The notes beneath the pieces were generated by a model, which had not been told where the DNA came from, did no database searches, and was given only the letters and a program-made list of their open reading frames with translations. A stretch of 64,000 bases of DNA from an uncultured Alphaproteobacteria bacterium (GTDB taxonomy: Bacteria; Pseudomonadota; Alphaproteobacteria; Geminicoccales; Geminicoccaceae), in contig CAVWRK010000008.1 of the NCBI GenBank assembly GCA_963757395.1, positions 272,337 to 336,336 of the forward strand. The letters are read 5' to 3'. This document shows, piece after piece, positions 10,885 to 21,074 of this stretch. The stretch's first letter is position 1. The number at the start of each line of letters is the position of its first letter. Made by a program: the position numbers and the translations under genes.

Positions 10885-11150
10885 TGCGCATTGTCGAGCC
10901 GCTATCAGTCGGGCGAGGTCGACCGCTCGGGGCGGATCTCCGAGCAGGGTGATGCGCTGTTGCGCGGCTACCTGTATGAGGCGGCGACCGTGTTGATCAG
11001 CCGGGCTGCAGCGGCCTGCGCGCCGCGCACCTGGGCCCGCGCGCCCGCCAGCCAATCGCCGAGGTCCGCGTGGCGCCCGCCCGCGAGCTCGCGGCGCTAC
11101 TGCACCATCTGTGGTCACACAGAGGAGGATTTCCGGTGGGCGCCGGCATG
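10885..11150 (+). mobile_element. IS110-family transposase C-terminal remnant (frameshifted, N-terminal catalytic domain absent)
   Basis: RYQSGEVDRSGRISEQGDALLRGYLYEAATVLISR, then in a shifted frame ...VAPARELAALLHHLWSHRGGF. This matches the conserved IS110/IS1111 C-terminal pattern (QSGE..R.GRISK.GD..LR..LYEAA ... ARKLA.ILH.MW). Confidence 0.6.
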
Positions 11151-11500
11151 AGCATCTAGCGCCCACTGCGTTGTCCCTGCCGGGGACGCTGGCAGCCGAG
11201 ATCGCGGAAAGGCGGGGGCAAAGCCCGTCTGACACATCGATCCGGCCCGCCTTCGACGGTCATGCTGGTGCCTCGAGCCCGAAAAGAACCATGACCCTGG
11301 CAGCGCCCCAAAAAGAGCGACCACCCCTTGCCCGATCAAAAAAACTTTTCTCTTTCTTTTCTCCCTTTACAAGCACGAAAGGTGTCAGTCAGGGAAGCGG
11401 TGTCACATTGGTGCCCGATACTTTCTCTCCTCGCCGATGTTCTTGGGCATCGCTCCGCTAGCGGGGCGCTCTTCATTTAATGCCCGATCCGAAATGTCTA

Positions 11501-12372
11501 TTAGTTTTCATTCAGCCCGTGCGGCTTACGGGTATGCAGTCGGTCCTTCCAGGTCGCCTCCAGCCGGATGACGTCATCGCGCTCCATGTCGGGGGATACG
11601 CGCTGCAAGATGGTGAAGCGGAGACTCTTCGGATCGCGTTGGCGAAAGCAGGCGGTTCCCGCCGTGCCCTGAGGGCGGCATAGTTTCGCCAGCGCCCAAG
11701 CAGAGTTATCGCCGCCATAGGCCGAGCCGACATAGCCCTTGCCGTCGGCCTCATCGAAAATGAAGTACACCGCCCGCCACTGCGAAAAGGCTCGCCTGCC
11801 AGCGCGTCGGGAGAACGGCGAGTTCGTCCCAGCTGAGGTCGATCCTTTCCCATTCGGGCATGGCGGCATCGAGCGCACTGTCTTCGAGCACTGCCACTAC
11901 GGGGATCACGTTTCGGTGCGCCCGCCGCCACCATGACCGCTCGGGCGGTGGCCAGCCCACCACGAGCTTGCCCTTCCAGGGGGCGTAGAAATCCGTCAGT
12001 GCGAGGTCAAACCAGAGGACAGAAGATCTGCTACCCTCTCTAGTGAAGCCCTTCATGCCGAAAGCCTTCATCTCGATAAAAGCCGGCACGCTCCAGTATT
12101 CGTCGTAGGTGAGTGGTCTGAACCCTTCATTCCGGTAAAGGCCGATGAACAGCGCCTTGCTGGGCTGGTATCGGATAAAGGACGCGACATAGCGTGCGCC
12201 CGGCCCCCGCATGGCTTTCTCAACCTTCGGGCCTTGGGCTTGCTGATAGGCGTTGAACACGTCGGGCTTTTCGGCGGCCAGCCAAGGCAGGACCTTGTTG
12301 AACCCGGGCTCGGTGGGTCTGTGCTCTAATGACCAGCACCTGCTGGGGATCAATGCCCTTGCCGGTGAGCAC
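11501..12372 (-). pseudogene. GIY-YIG nuclease family protein, at least four frameshifts
   Basis: Pieces in three frames: (GTG 12372) MLTGKGIDPQQVLVIR / HRPTEPGFNKVLPWLAAEKPDVFNAYQ...WFDLALTDFYAPWKGKLVVGWP...DLSWDELAVLPTRWQ / SQWRAVYFIFDEADGKGYVGSAYGGDN / LLGRWRNYAA / ...SLRFTILQRVSPDMERDDVIRLEATWKDRLHTRKPHGLNEN. Confidence 0.7.
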
Positions 12373-12462
12373 TGGCCGCCGGGTGCTCGGCGCTGCCGCT
12401 GGCGAGGAAGAAGTGTCAGGGCGAGGAAAAGGTGCCAGGAGCCTTTCGAAGACCGGCGGGCG

Positions 12463-12648
12463 GGCGCGAACTCGCGCTTCCAGACGTCCGCCGCCGCGCT
12501 CGAAGCAGTACCACTCGCCCTTGGGATCGGCGTCGGTCGGCGTGGGGTTGCCCAGCAGCTCGCAGAGGTCGTTGAAGTGCGATTGCGCTGCCGCCCGCTC
12601 CTTGAGGTCGGCCGCCTGCCACTTGGCGATGAACTGCTCGGGGGTCAT
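12463..12648 (-). pseudogene. 5' fragment (about 60 aa) of an MmeI-like/type IIL class I SAM-dependent DNA methyltransferase
   Basis: MTPEQFIAKWQAADLKERAAAQSHFNDLCELLGNPTPTDADPKGEWYCFERGG, then (shifted frame) DVWKREFA. This matches the conserved N-terminal nuclease-domain start of these enzymes; the remaining about 800 aa are missing. Confidence 0.55.
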
Positions 12649-13266
12649 GGTGGCGTCAGGAACAACCGATTTCCACAGTTCGATTGCGATATACCGCTCG
12701 ACGCATCAAGCCATGGTGGAGAAAACGGCGCAAGCGTGTAGCGCCAAGCGGTGCATCATGACGCATTGAGTGGCGCAAATCTGTAGCATTCCTGGCGCAT
12801 TCCCAGGTATCTCGGCAACTCTTTAATCCGCAAGCATTTTTCAGGTTATCCTACGGCACAAACCAGGAGAATTCGGGGCGCAGCAGAAACTGTCAGACTT
12901 TCGGCAGACAGCTCTCTGTGCCGCCGTCAGCCTGGCGTTGCGGCTCGGATTGAGGCGCCATCAAGCGCCCCTCCATCCGTCTCCAGGGTCGGCGCTACTT
13001 GCGTGGTTTCGCGGCCTGGAGGTAAAAGTTGCGCCAGATTCGTGCGCTTCGACGCTACAGTTTCTCGAGTCGGCAGTCGATCCTGGAGATCGGGACTTCG
13101 TCAATAGCTGGCACGGGCGAGCTTCATCGCCGGAAAGTTTTGGCGCGCGCGCTCGGGACTGGTCGCATGTCAATATTTACCGGGCGAGTCTCGGGCTGCT
13201 CAAGAACCGGTAGCACGGCGGTGGCGGTGCCGACCGCCGTCAGACAAAATGGCGATGGAGGCAAAA

Positions 13267-14113
13267 TCAGGCGGCGGCGAGCGGCCGGGCGTGCAGGTGG
13301 CCCGCCGGGGTAACCTCGAACGCCGAGCGTTCCGGGACCTCGGGCCAGGGCTCGCTGGTGATCGGCTCCGAGGCGATGTCGAGCGCCCGGTAGTCGTCCC
13401 TTGCGGCCGCGGCGTGGGGTTGGCCGCAGACCGGGCAGGGGCTCCGGCCGGTGCGTTCCAGGTAGTGGAGCGAGCGCTGCCAGCGGCTGCCGACCATCTG
13501 GACGCCGTCGGTCAGCAGGACGTTGAGGCCGAGATGCGGCTCCTGGCCGATCTCGCGGCACCAGCCGATCACCCGCTCGAGCGCCAGCTGCAGGCTCGCA
13601 AGGAGAGGGCGCGCGGGGGCCTCGGCGTGGGTCGAGAGGATCAGGTGGAACAGGTGCTCGCTGTCGGTCGTGCCGCGGATCGCCGCCCGCTGCGAAGGGC
13701 GCGGTCGCCGCCAAGATCTTGGGCTGGATGTCGGCGAAATAGGGCACGGTGCCGTTGTGCACGAAGGTCCAGCCGGCGTGGTCGAAGGGGTGGGTGTTCT
13801 CGAGCGCGACCGTGCCGACGGTCGCGTGGCGGACGTGGGCCAGCACCGTCGTCGCCTGGGTGCGGGCGGCCGCGGCCTGGAACCAGTGGTCATCGTGCGC
13901 CGGCCGCGGCCGCCGCTCGATCACCCAATCGGTGCTGGTATGGGCGCTGCCGGCATGCGGGACCCCGCCATGGGCGGCGATCCCCCAGCCGTCGGCGTTC
14001 TCGAAGCCGCGCAGGTCCTGCCGGCTCTGGGCGAGCAGCGAGTTCGGCGCCTGGACCAGGCAGCATTCGATCCGGGTCGGGGCGGTCGCGCGCAACGCGT
14101 AGAAGCGGCACAA
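13267..14113 (-). pseudogene. Class II (Ntn, YafJ-type) glutamine amidotransferase, frame-disrupted near 13695-13715
   Basis: TTG 14113 gives M-C-RFYALRA (nucleophile Cys2), then NADGWGIA...VLAHVRHATVG...NTHPF...HNGTVPYFADIQPKIL. It continues in another frame as AAIRGTTDSEHLFHLILS...LNVLLTDGVQMVGSRWQRSLHYLER to the stop at 13267. Confidence 0.75.
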
Positions 14114-14225
14114 AGGGGCGATCTCCAAACCTGGCCCAGAGGGCCCTGCACCGGTTTTTCCCGATAGGTTCCCCTACGGGATTGCGCGGCCGGGCGCGGC
14201 CCTGCCGACCGCCGCCGCCCCCGGC

Positions 14226-15938
14226 TCAGCGGATCACGAGCGGCGGCGTGCTGAGGGCGCCGGGGCGGAGCCAGCCCAGCCAGGCGCCGAAGGCGTCGAG
14301 GCCGATCGAGGTGCCGCGCATCAGGTCCAAAACCTCCTCGAACGGCGAGCGCGGGCGCGGGTAGACCCTGAGCTCGACCGGCCGGTCGGCCGCGACCCCG
14401 ATCGCGTCGCGGGCCAGCTCGAGGGCGCGGGCGAAGCCGCCGAGCTCGTCGACCAGCCCCAGGTCCTTGGCCTGGGCGCCGGTCCAGACACGCCCTTGGG
14501 CAGATTTTTGGACGGCGCTCGCGGGCAGGGACCGGCCGCGCGCGACGCCGGCGACGAAGGCGCCGTAGGTCTGATCCAGGAACGCCTCCAGGCGCGCCCG
14601 GCCGCGGGCGTCGAAATCCAGGTCGGTGCTCCACATGTCGGCATTGGCGCCGCGCTGCACCCGGCCCCAGGCGACGCCCAGGTCCTGCCACAGCCCGCGC
14701 AGCACGGGCTTGCCCGCGAACACGCCGATCGAGCCGGTCAGCGTGCCGCCTTCGGCGACGATCTTGGAGGCATCCATCGCGATCCAGTAGCCGCCCGAGG
14801 CGGCGACGTCGCCCATCGACACGATCACCGGCTTGCCCTGCTGGACCGCGCGCCGGACCTGATGGCCGATCGTGTCCGAGGCGACCGCCGAGCCGCCGCC
14901 GGAATCGATCCGGAACAGGATCGCCTCGACCGCCGGGTCGTCGATCGCGGCGGCGAGCGCGCCGGCGACCGTATCGGCACCCATCACCCAGCCGCTGGCC
15001 GGGCCATAGTCGCTCTTGCCGCCCTGGATCTGGCCGACCCCGCGCACCAGGGCGATCACCGGCGCATCACTGCCGGCCGACGGCACCGCCCGCGCGTAGT
15101 CGGCCAGCGCGACCAGCTCGCTGCCGCTGCCGGCCCGGCTCTCGGCCTGCTCGACCAGGTCGTCCCAATAGCCCAGGTGATCGACCAGTCCCGCCGCCTC
15201 GGCCTCGCTCGCGTAGTAAGGGCCATCGTCGATCAGCCGCGCCACCCGCGCCGGCTCCAGCGCCCGGCCGGCACCGATGCCCTCCTTGATCTGCTGATCG
15301 AGGGAATCGGCCAGCCCCTCCAGGGCCTCCTTGCCTGCCGGGCTGAGCTCGGTCTCGGTGAACATCTCGGCGGCGCTCTTGTAAGGGCCGCGCTTGTCGC
15401 CGCTCGGCAGGACGCCGAGCTTGTCGAGCAGGCCGCGCAGTAACGGCGTCTCGATCAGGAGTCCGGTCAGCCCGAGCGAGCCGATCGGCTGGAGATGGAT
15501 CTGCTCGAAGGCGGTGGCGAGATAGTAGCCCCGCGTGCCGGGGCCGAACTCGCCGAAGCTGTCGGCATAGGCGTAGGCGAACTTGCCCTGGGCGCGGAAG
15601 CGGGCGAGCGCCGCGCGCAGCTCCTGGGTCTGGGCGAAGCCCGGCCCCTCGCCGCTCAGCTGCGCGACCAGCCCCTTGACCCGCGGGTCGCGGCCCGCCT
15701 GGTCGAGCGCCAGGATCACGTCGGTGAAGGTCGGCGTCGCCGCCAGGCCGAGCAGGTCGAGCGGATCCTGGGCCGGCGCCTCGTCGAGGCCGTCGCGCAG
15801 ATCCAGGGTCAGCACGATCCGCCCGGGCAGGCTGGGCTTGCCGGGCAGCAGCAGCCAGACCGCCGCCATCCCGCCAGCCGCCAGCAGCAGGGTCAGCAGG
15901 CCGACCAGCGCCAGCAGGCCGACGACGAAACGCTTCAT
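14226..15938 (-). CDS. sppA: Signal peptide peptidase SppA, 67K type
   Basis: 570 aa, N-terminal TM (MKRFVVGLLALVGLLTLLLAAGG), duplicated ClpP-like domains, GDVAASGGYWIA motif. Confidence 0.85.
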   Translation of the reverse strand: MKRFVVGLLALVGLLTLLLAAGGMAAVWLLLPGKPSLPGRIVLTLDLRDGLDEAPAQDPLDLLGLAATPTFTDVILALDQAGRDPRVKGLVAQLSGEGPGFAQTQELRAALARFRAQGKFAYAYADSFGEFGPGTRGYYLATAFEQIHLQPIGSLGLTGLLIETPLLRGLLDKLGVLPSGDKRGPYKSAAEMFTETELSPAGKEALEGLADSLDQQIKEGIGAGRALEPARVARLIDDGPYYASEAEAAGLVDHLGYWDDLVEQAESRAGSGSELVALADYARAVPSAGSDAPVIALVRGVGQIQGGKSDYGPASGWVMGADTVAGALAAAIDDPAVEAILFRIDSGGGSAVASDTIGHQVRRAVQQGKPVIVSMGDVAASGGYWIAMDASKIVAEGGTLTGSIGVFAGKPVLRGLWQDLGVAWGRVQRGANADMWSTDLDFDARGRARLEAFLDQTYGAFVAGVARGRSLPASAVQKSAQGRVWTGAQAKDLGLVDELGGFARALELARDAIGVAADRPVELRVYPRPRSPFEEVLDLMRGTSIGLDAFGAWLGWLRPGALSTPPLVIR

Positions 15939-15956
15939 GGCGCGGTCCGCCCGGGC

Positions 15957-17087
15957 TCAGGCCGCGCGGGCGGGCGCCCTGCGCCGCCGCTCGCTGGCCG
16001 TCTTCAGCTGACCGCAGGCGGCCAGGATGTCCGGCCCACGCGGCGTCCGCACCGGCGCCGGATGGCCGGCCCGCGCGACGATCGCCGCGAACGCCCGGAT
16101 GCGCTCGGGCGGCGAGCAGCGATAGGGTGCACCCGGCCACGGATTGAACGGGATCAGATTGACCTTGGCCGGCAAGCCACGGAGCAGGCGGACCAGCTCC
16201 TTGGCGTCGGCGTCGCTGTCGTTCACGCCATCCAGCATCACATACTCGAAGGTCAGATGTCGGTCGCTGCCGGCGGCATAGGCCCGGCAGGCCTCCAATA
16301 GCGCGGCAATGTTCCATTTTTGGTTAATCGGCACGAGCTGGTCGCGGACCTCGTCGCGGACCGCGTGCAGCGAGACCGCGAGCCCGACCCCGAGCTCGCG
16401 CCCCAGGGTCTCGATCTTGGGGACGATGCCCGAGGTCGAGAGCGTGATCTTGCGCCGCGCAAAGCCGAGGCCGTCGGCATCCATGGCGATCTGCAGCGCG
16501 GCCGCGGTCTCTTGGTAGTTGAGCAGCGGCTCGCCCATGCCCATCACGACGAGATGGCTGAGCCGGCGGGCGCCGGCAGGCGCCGGCCATTCGCCGAGCG
16601 CGTCGCGGGCGACCAGGATCTGGCCGACGATCTCCGCGGCGCGCAGGTTGCGCGCGAGCGCCATCGTGCCGGTATGGCAGAAGCTGCAGGTCAGGCTGCA
16701 GCCGACCTGGGTCGAGAGGCAAAGGGCGCCGCGATCGGGCTCCGGGATGTAGACGCTCTCGACCATCTGCCGATCGGCGAAGCGAAGCAGCCATTTGCGT
16801 GTGCCGTCGGTCGAGACCTGCTCCTCCACCACCTCCGGGCGCGCGATGCTGTACGCCTCGTCGAGCCGGCGGCGGAGCTCGGCCGGCAACGTGGTCATGG
16901 CCGCGAACTCGCGGGCGCCCTGATGATACAGCCAGTGCCAGAGCTGGCGGGCGCGCAAGCCCACCTGCCGCTCCGGCTCGCCGAGCGCGCCGAGCAACGT
17001 CCCGAGCTCGGCCCGGGACCGACCGATCAGGCTCGCGCGCGGCGCGGCCGCGACTGGCGGCGGCACCGGCGCGGCGACGCTGGTCAT
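15957..17087 (-). CDS. rlmN: 23S rRNA (adenine2503-C2)/tRNA methyltransferase RlmN (radical SAM)
   Basis: 376 aa, [11 protein letters not shown] radical-SAM motif, GMGEPLLNY, conserved C-terminal ACGQL. Confidence 0.9.
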   Translation of the reverse strand: MTSVAAPVPPPVAAAPRASLIGRSRAELGTLLGALGEPERQVGLRARQLWHWLYHQGAREFAAMTTLPAELRRRLDEAYSIARPEVVEEQVSTDGTRKWLLRFADRQMVESVYIPEPDRGALCLSTQVGCSLTCSFCHTGTMALARNLRAAEIVGQILVARDALGEWPAPAGARRLSHLVVMGMGEPLLNYQETAAALQIAMDADGLGFARRKITLSTSGIVPKIETLGRELGVGLAVSLHAVRDEVRDQLVPINQKWNIAALLEACRAYAAGSDRHLTFEYVMLDGVNDSDADAKELVRLLRGLPAKVNLIPFNPWPGAPYRCSPPERIRAFAAIVARAGHPAPVRTPRGPDILAACGQLKTASERRRRAPARAA

Positions 17088-17094
17088 GCGCGGG

Positions 17095-17655
17095 TCACGA
17101 GGTCGAGCCGGCGCAGGCCTCGGACATGGCGTCGTAGGCCGCCGTGAAGCCGAGCAGGGAGTACGTGTCGAGCGAGTAGGTGTTCTTCGACGACGTGCCG
17201 CGCACGGTCATGTCGGTGCCGCGCTTCATGGTGTCGATCAGGTTCCTGTCGTCCTGCTCTTTGGGCGTCCAGGCGTGCTCGCCGCGCGTGAACAGCAGGA
17301 ACTTGCGCTTGTCGACCTCGATCTCGACGTTGCTGCCGTCGAGATAGGTGTAGCCCGGGTCGACGCTGACCTCGTAGACCACGTGCGGCCCGGGCCGCCG
17401 GGTCACCAGGACCGCCGGGCTGCCGCGGCGGTTGTAGTTGCCTTCCTGCTTCTTCGGCTCGCTGGCCATGTAGCAGATCGTCTGGTCGCCGTCCTGGAAC
17501 TTGTACACGTTCCAGTCGCGATGGCTGCCAACGAACTCCGGCACCGGCGCCTTGCGCTCGGCCTCCTGGGCCGCCAGCTTCCCGGTTGCGCCGACGCTAG
17601 GCAGGGCAATGAGGAGGAGAAGGGCGATGGTCGCGGTTCGAGTCGCTACGCTCAT
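17095..17655 (-). CDS. Invasion-associated locus B (IalB) family protein
   Basis: From ATG 17655: [23 protein letters not shown] signal, then [20 protein letters not shown]...[20 protein letters not shown], typical of IalB proteins. Confidence 0.75.
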   Translation of the reverse strand: MSVATRTATIALLLLIALPSVGATGKLAAQEAERKAPVPEFVGSHRDWNVYKFQDGDQTICYMASEPKKQEGNYNRRGSPAVLVTRRPGPHVVYEVSVDPGYTYLDGSNVEIEVDKRKFLLFTRGEHAWTPKEQDDRNLIDTMKRGTDMTVRGTSSKNTYSLDTYSLLGFTAAYDAMSEACAGSTS

Positions 17656-18020
17656 GATCCCTGCGATCAGCTCCGTGAATGGCCACGCCGCTCGATATGT
17701 CGGCAAGTTTGACCATAAAAGCAAGGCCCGTTGTGGCAAGAGGATCCCGTGCGGCGCGCAGGCGCCGCTTGGAGCAGGGCCACCTTTCGGTCTAAGCTGC
17801 GCTTGCGGCTAGGCTTGGCCCCAGGGCCCGGCCAGCGCGGAGGGCTGCGACCATGAAGTATGTGCTCTTGGGCGCCCTCGGTCCAGAATCGGCGACGCGC
17901 CCTGGCGCGCCAATGCCAAGCTGGCCGAGCCCGGACCTCTCGCTGCCGGCGTTCGACGACGTCGCGATGCGGACGGCGTGGAAGCGGGCCTGAGCCCGAA
18001 TTGGAGGTTGGAGGAGGCTG

Positions 18021-18401
18021 ATGGTGAAGAAAGCCGCCGAACTGGTCGCGGAGGCGAATGCCGCGGTCGATACGCTGTCGGTCGAGGAGGCGCAAGCGCT
18101 GGTCGGCCTCGACGACGTGCTGTTCGTCGACGTCCGCGACGCCAGCGAGCTCGCCCAGAACGGCAAGATCCCGGGCGCGGTCCATGCCACGCGCGGCCTG
18201 CTCGAGTTCTACGCCGACCCGTCGGCGGCCTACCACAAGCCGGAGCTCGCCTCGGGCAAGCGCCTGGTGCTGTACTGCGCCTCGGGCGGGCGCTCGGCGC
18301 TGGCGGCCAAGACGCTCAAGGACATGGGCCTCGAGCAGGTGACCAACATGATCGGCGGCTTCACCGCCTGGTCGCAGGCCGGCGGCCCGATCGAGCGCTG
18401 A
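18021..18401 (+). CDS. Single-domain rhodanese-like sulfurtransferase
   Basis: 126 aa, GGAGGAGG SD, active-site loop LYCASGGRSALAA. Confidence 0.85.
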   Translation: MVKKAAELVAEANAAVDTLSVEEAQALVGLDDVLFVDVRDASELAQNGKIPGAVHATRGLLEFYADPSAAYHKPELASGKRLVLYCASGGRSALAAKTLKDMGLEQVTNMIGGFTAWSQAGGPIER

Positions 18402-18729
18402 CCGCGGCGGTTGCGTTCATCCGCCGCAGAAAGCTTCGGCCTGCCCGCTTGCCTCGCTGGCCCGTGCGCCTAGCTTGAGCTGGGTCGCCATGCGGCGGCT
18501 CGATGGCCCAAGCTGCTTGGCTGTCGGCCATTGACAGCGGGAGGCGCGGCCACGGCGGCACCGCGGGACGAGGAGCAAGGATCGGCGCCCGTTGACGCGA
18601 CCGCGGAGCGGCCGGTGGTGCGGCCTCCGACGGTGTCACCGGCAAGGAACCGGTTGCTCGCCATCACGCTGGCGAGCGTCGTCGCGCTGGTCTTCACGAC
18701 GGTCGTGATGCTCACCGTCCTGCTTCACT

Positions 18730-19440
18730 ATGCCGAGGTTCATCACGCGCTCGCGAACCTTTGAGGTTTCCCGCCCGGCGGCGTCGCTCCCGGTGACACG
18801 GCGCCGCGCGGCGGGCTGGGTCGGTGCGGGCGCCGGCCTGGTCCTGCTTGCGGGCTGCGCGCGCAGCGAGGGCTGGCATGCGCTCGACGTGTCGAACAGC
18901 TCGCCGCCGCTCACGCTGACCATGACGCGGGCCGGCGACGGCCGACAGGTGACCGCCGCCGACTACCAGGGGCAGGTCGTGATGCTCTACTTCGGCTACA
19001 CGTTCTGCCCGGACATCTGCCCGACCACGCTGGCCAACCTCGCCGAGATCCTGGATGAGCTCGGGCCGCGGGCGGAGCAGGTCCGGGTCCTGTTCGTGAC
19101 CGTCGACCCGGATCGCGACACAGCACCCGTGCTCGCGGCCTACGTCAAAACCTTCGCGCCGCAGATCGAGGGCCTGCGCGGCACGCCGGACCAGCTCGCG
19201 GCCCTGGCGCGGCGCTACCGGATCGCCTATTCGGTGACCCCCGAGACCGCGGACCACCCCTACGAGGTGACCCACAGCTCGGCGATCTACATCTTCGATG
19301 GGTCGGGCGCGGCCCGCCTGCTGGCCTCCTCGCTCGGGTCCGCGCAGCCCGACCTGGCGGGCACGGTCGCCGACCTCGAGCGGCTCGTGGACGAGGCCCA
19401 TCCGCCCGGGCTGCTCGACCGCCTGCGACGCTGGCTGTGA
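18730..19440 (+). CDS. SCO1/SenC family copper chaperone (lipoprotein)
   Basis: FGYTFCPDICPTTL CxxxC motif, lipobox LLAGC. The true start may be the in-frame GTG a few codons before TRRRAAGWVG. Confidence 0.85.
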   Translation: MPRFITRSRTFEVSRPAASLPVTRRRAAGWVGAGAGLVLLAGCARSEGWHALDVSNSSPPLTLTMTRAGDGRQVTAADYQGQVVMLYFGYTFCPDICPTTLANLAEILDELGPRAEQVRVLFVTVDPDRDTAPVLAAYVKTFAPQIEGLRGTPDQLAALARRYRIAYSVTPETADHPYEVTHSSAIYIFDGSGAARLLASSLGSAQPDLAGTVADLERLVDEAHPPGLLDRLRRWL

Positions 19441-19443
19441 GCG

Positions 19444-19941
19444 CTACTTGCCGGCGGCGCCGCGCACCTCGAAGGTCGCCGTGACGCTGCCGCCATCCTC
19501 GAAGCGGAGCGTGACCGGGACCGAGCCTCCCGGCGTGATCTCCTTCGCGGGCATCATGCACATCAGATGATAGCCGCCGGGCGCGAAGCTGATATGGCCG
19601 TGCGCCGGGACGGCGACCGTCATCACCATCTCCATCCGGTCCTGGCCGTTCTCCTGCACGCTCCGATGCAGCATCAGGCTGCCACAGGCCGGCGATTCGG
19701 CGCCGACCAGAGCCTGCGCCTTGTCGGTCTCGTTCGAGAGGGTGAGATAGCCTGCCGCCGGACGCGAGGGCAGCACCAGGCGCAGCCAGGCGTCGCTCAC
19801 GGTCAGTCCCGGCTCCGCGGCTTCGGCCGCCGGCCCGGCCGCCAGCGCGCCAATCAGAGCGCAAAGGAGCAAGAACCCGGCGCCGGGCCGCCTAGAGACC
19901 AGTCCAGCGGCTCGCGAGCCGCGCCATGCCAGAATCGTCAT
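19444..19941 (-). CDS. Copper chaperone PCu(A)C (DUF461)
   Basis: 165 aa, signal peptide, GYLTLSN...MLHRSV...MEMV...GGYHLMCMM His/Met-rich copper-binding pattern. Confidence 0.8.
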   Translation of the reverse strand: MTILAWRGSRAAGLVSRRPGAGFLLLCALIGALAAGPAAEAAEPGLTVSDAWLRLVLPSRPAAGYLTLSNETDKAQALVGAESPACGSLMLHRSVQENGQDRMEMVMTVAVPAHGHISFAPGGYHLMCMMPAKEITPGGSVPVTLRFEDGGSVTATFEVRGAAGK

Positions 19942-20887
19942 CGTTCGGGTTCCTCGTTGCTTCCTCTTGCAGCCGGAGCGCGTTGAGCACCAGCAACAGC
20001 GCGACCACGCTCATCATCGCCGGCGGAATCCAGATCACGATGCCGCCTATGTGCTGGTCGCTGAGGGCGCTCACGGTCGGGAACAACCGGCCGCACAGAT
20101 CATAGTAGGGATAGAGGTCGCGCGGCGCGAACGCGATCAGCGCGCCGAGCGCGATCTGGGGGAACATGACGCCGAGCGCCAGCGCCGCGCGACCGCCGAA
20201 GGACACGCGCGCCGGCGGCTGCGGCCGCGGGTCCAGCACCAGCGACCAGAACAGGATGCCATCCAGGACCATGCTCCAGTTCATCAGAGCGTAGAGCCGC
20301 GGGTCGAGCATCGCCCGGAAATGCACCGCGGGGATGAGCCAGAAGTAGAACAGCCCGACGAACAGCAAGGCCGCCAGCAGCGGCTGCTGCAGGATCTGCA
20401 GGGTGGCGCCGACCGCGCGGCTGCCGACCACTCTTTGCGCCCGGGCCGGCATGCCCCGCCGGATCGTAGACCCGGCAAAGCCGAGCGCGATCAGGAACGG
20501 GCCCAGGTGGTGCATCACGACGTGCTGGAGGCGGTTCAGGAAGAACATGTGCTGCGACCAGTACTCGAAGCGGGTCTGGAGCACGGCGTAGGTCGCAACG
20601 ACGCCGAGCAGAAAGGCGATGCGACGCACGACCGGCGGCCGCTCGTCGGCCGGCGCGCGCGCCAGACCGTGGACGAACCAGAGCAGCGTGAGCGCGGTCG
20701 CCAGATATTCGGGGGCCGAGAAATCCCAGGGCGCCCAGACCGGCATCAGCGTCGGATGGCTTGCCGAGAGCCAGAGCAGCAACCCGCCCAGCGCAGCGAT
20801 CGCCGCGTAGGCGGCGCACTCGAGCCGCGCGCTGGCTGGAAACCCGCCCTTTGGTCGCACCCGTTCCATCACTGGACACCGTCGCAT
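19892..20887 (-). CDS. Cytochrome c oxidase assembly protein (caa3-type CtaG-like membrane protein)
   Basis: 331 aa polytopic membrane protein, immediately upstream of and overlapping the PCuAC gene by 50 nt. Family assignment by resemblance only. Confidence 0.6.
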   Translation of the reverse strand: MRRCPVMERVRPKGGFPASARLECAAYAAIAALGGLLLWLSASHPTLMPVWAPWDFSAPEYLATALTLLWFVHGLARAPADERPPVVRRIAFLLGVVATYAVLQTRFEYWSQHMFFLNRLQHVVMHHLGPFLIALGFAGSTIRRGMPARAQRVVGSRAVGATLQILQQPLLAALLFVGLFYFWLIPAVHFRAMLDPRLYALMNWSMVLDGILFWSLVLDPRPQPPARVSFGGRAALALGVMFPQIALGALIAFAPRDLYPYYDLCGRLFPTVSALSDQHIGGIVIWIPPAMMSVVALLLVLNALRLQEEATRNPNDDDSGMARLASRWTGL

Positions 20888-21074
20888 GCGCGTAAGCCCG
20901 AGCCGCGCCCCGGGTCAAAGCGCGAAACGACGCGGGGCGTCACGTCGGCCGGCGATGGTGCGCGTGTGAAGCCCGGCCCTCGAGCTGCTCCCGGTCGCGC
21001 CGGATCGACGCCGACATCGGTCGATGTACGCCCGCAGGCGCGCGAACCAAGGCTCAGGCGCTCGAAACCGTGGT

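Noticed and set aside
17853-17993. 46-aa ORF MKYVLLGALGPESATRPG... in the IalB/rhodanese divergent intergenic region
   Set aside because: Only the first six residues resemble YCII/DGPF-type starts, there is no convincing SD and the composition becomes Pro/Ala-rich. The evidence is insufficient.
18404-18427. GCGGCGG-10 nt-CCGCCGC hairpin after the rhodanese gene as a terminator
   Set aside because: No T-run follows it (agaaagctt), so it is too weak to call.
18531-18764. 77-aa ORF with a C-terminal hydrophobic segment upstream of, and overlapping, the Sco gene
   Set aside because: The N-terminal two-thirds is Ala/Pro/Arg-rich, there is no SD and it overlaps the annotated Sco start. It might be real if Sco starts at the downstream GTG, but it is not supportable from sequence alone.
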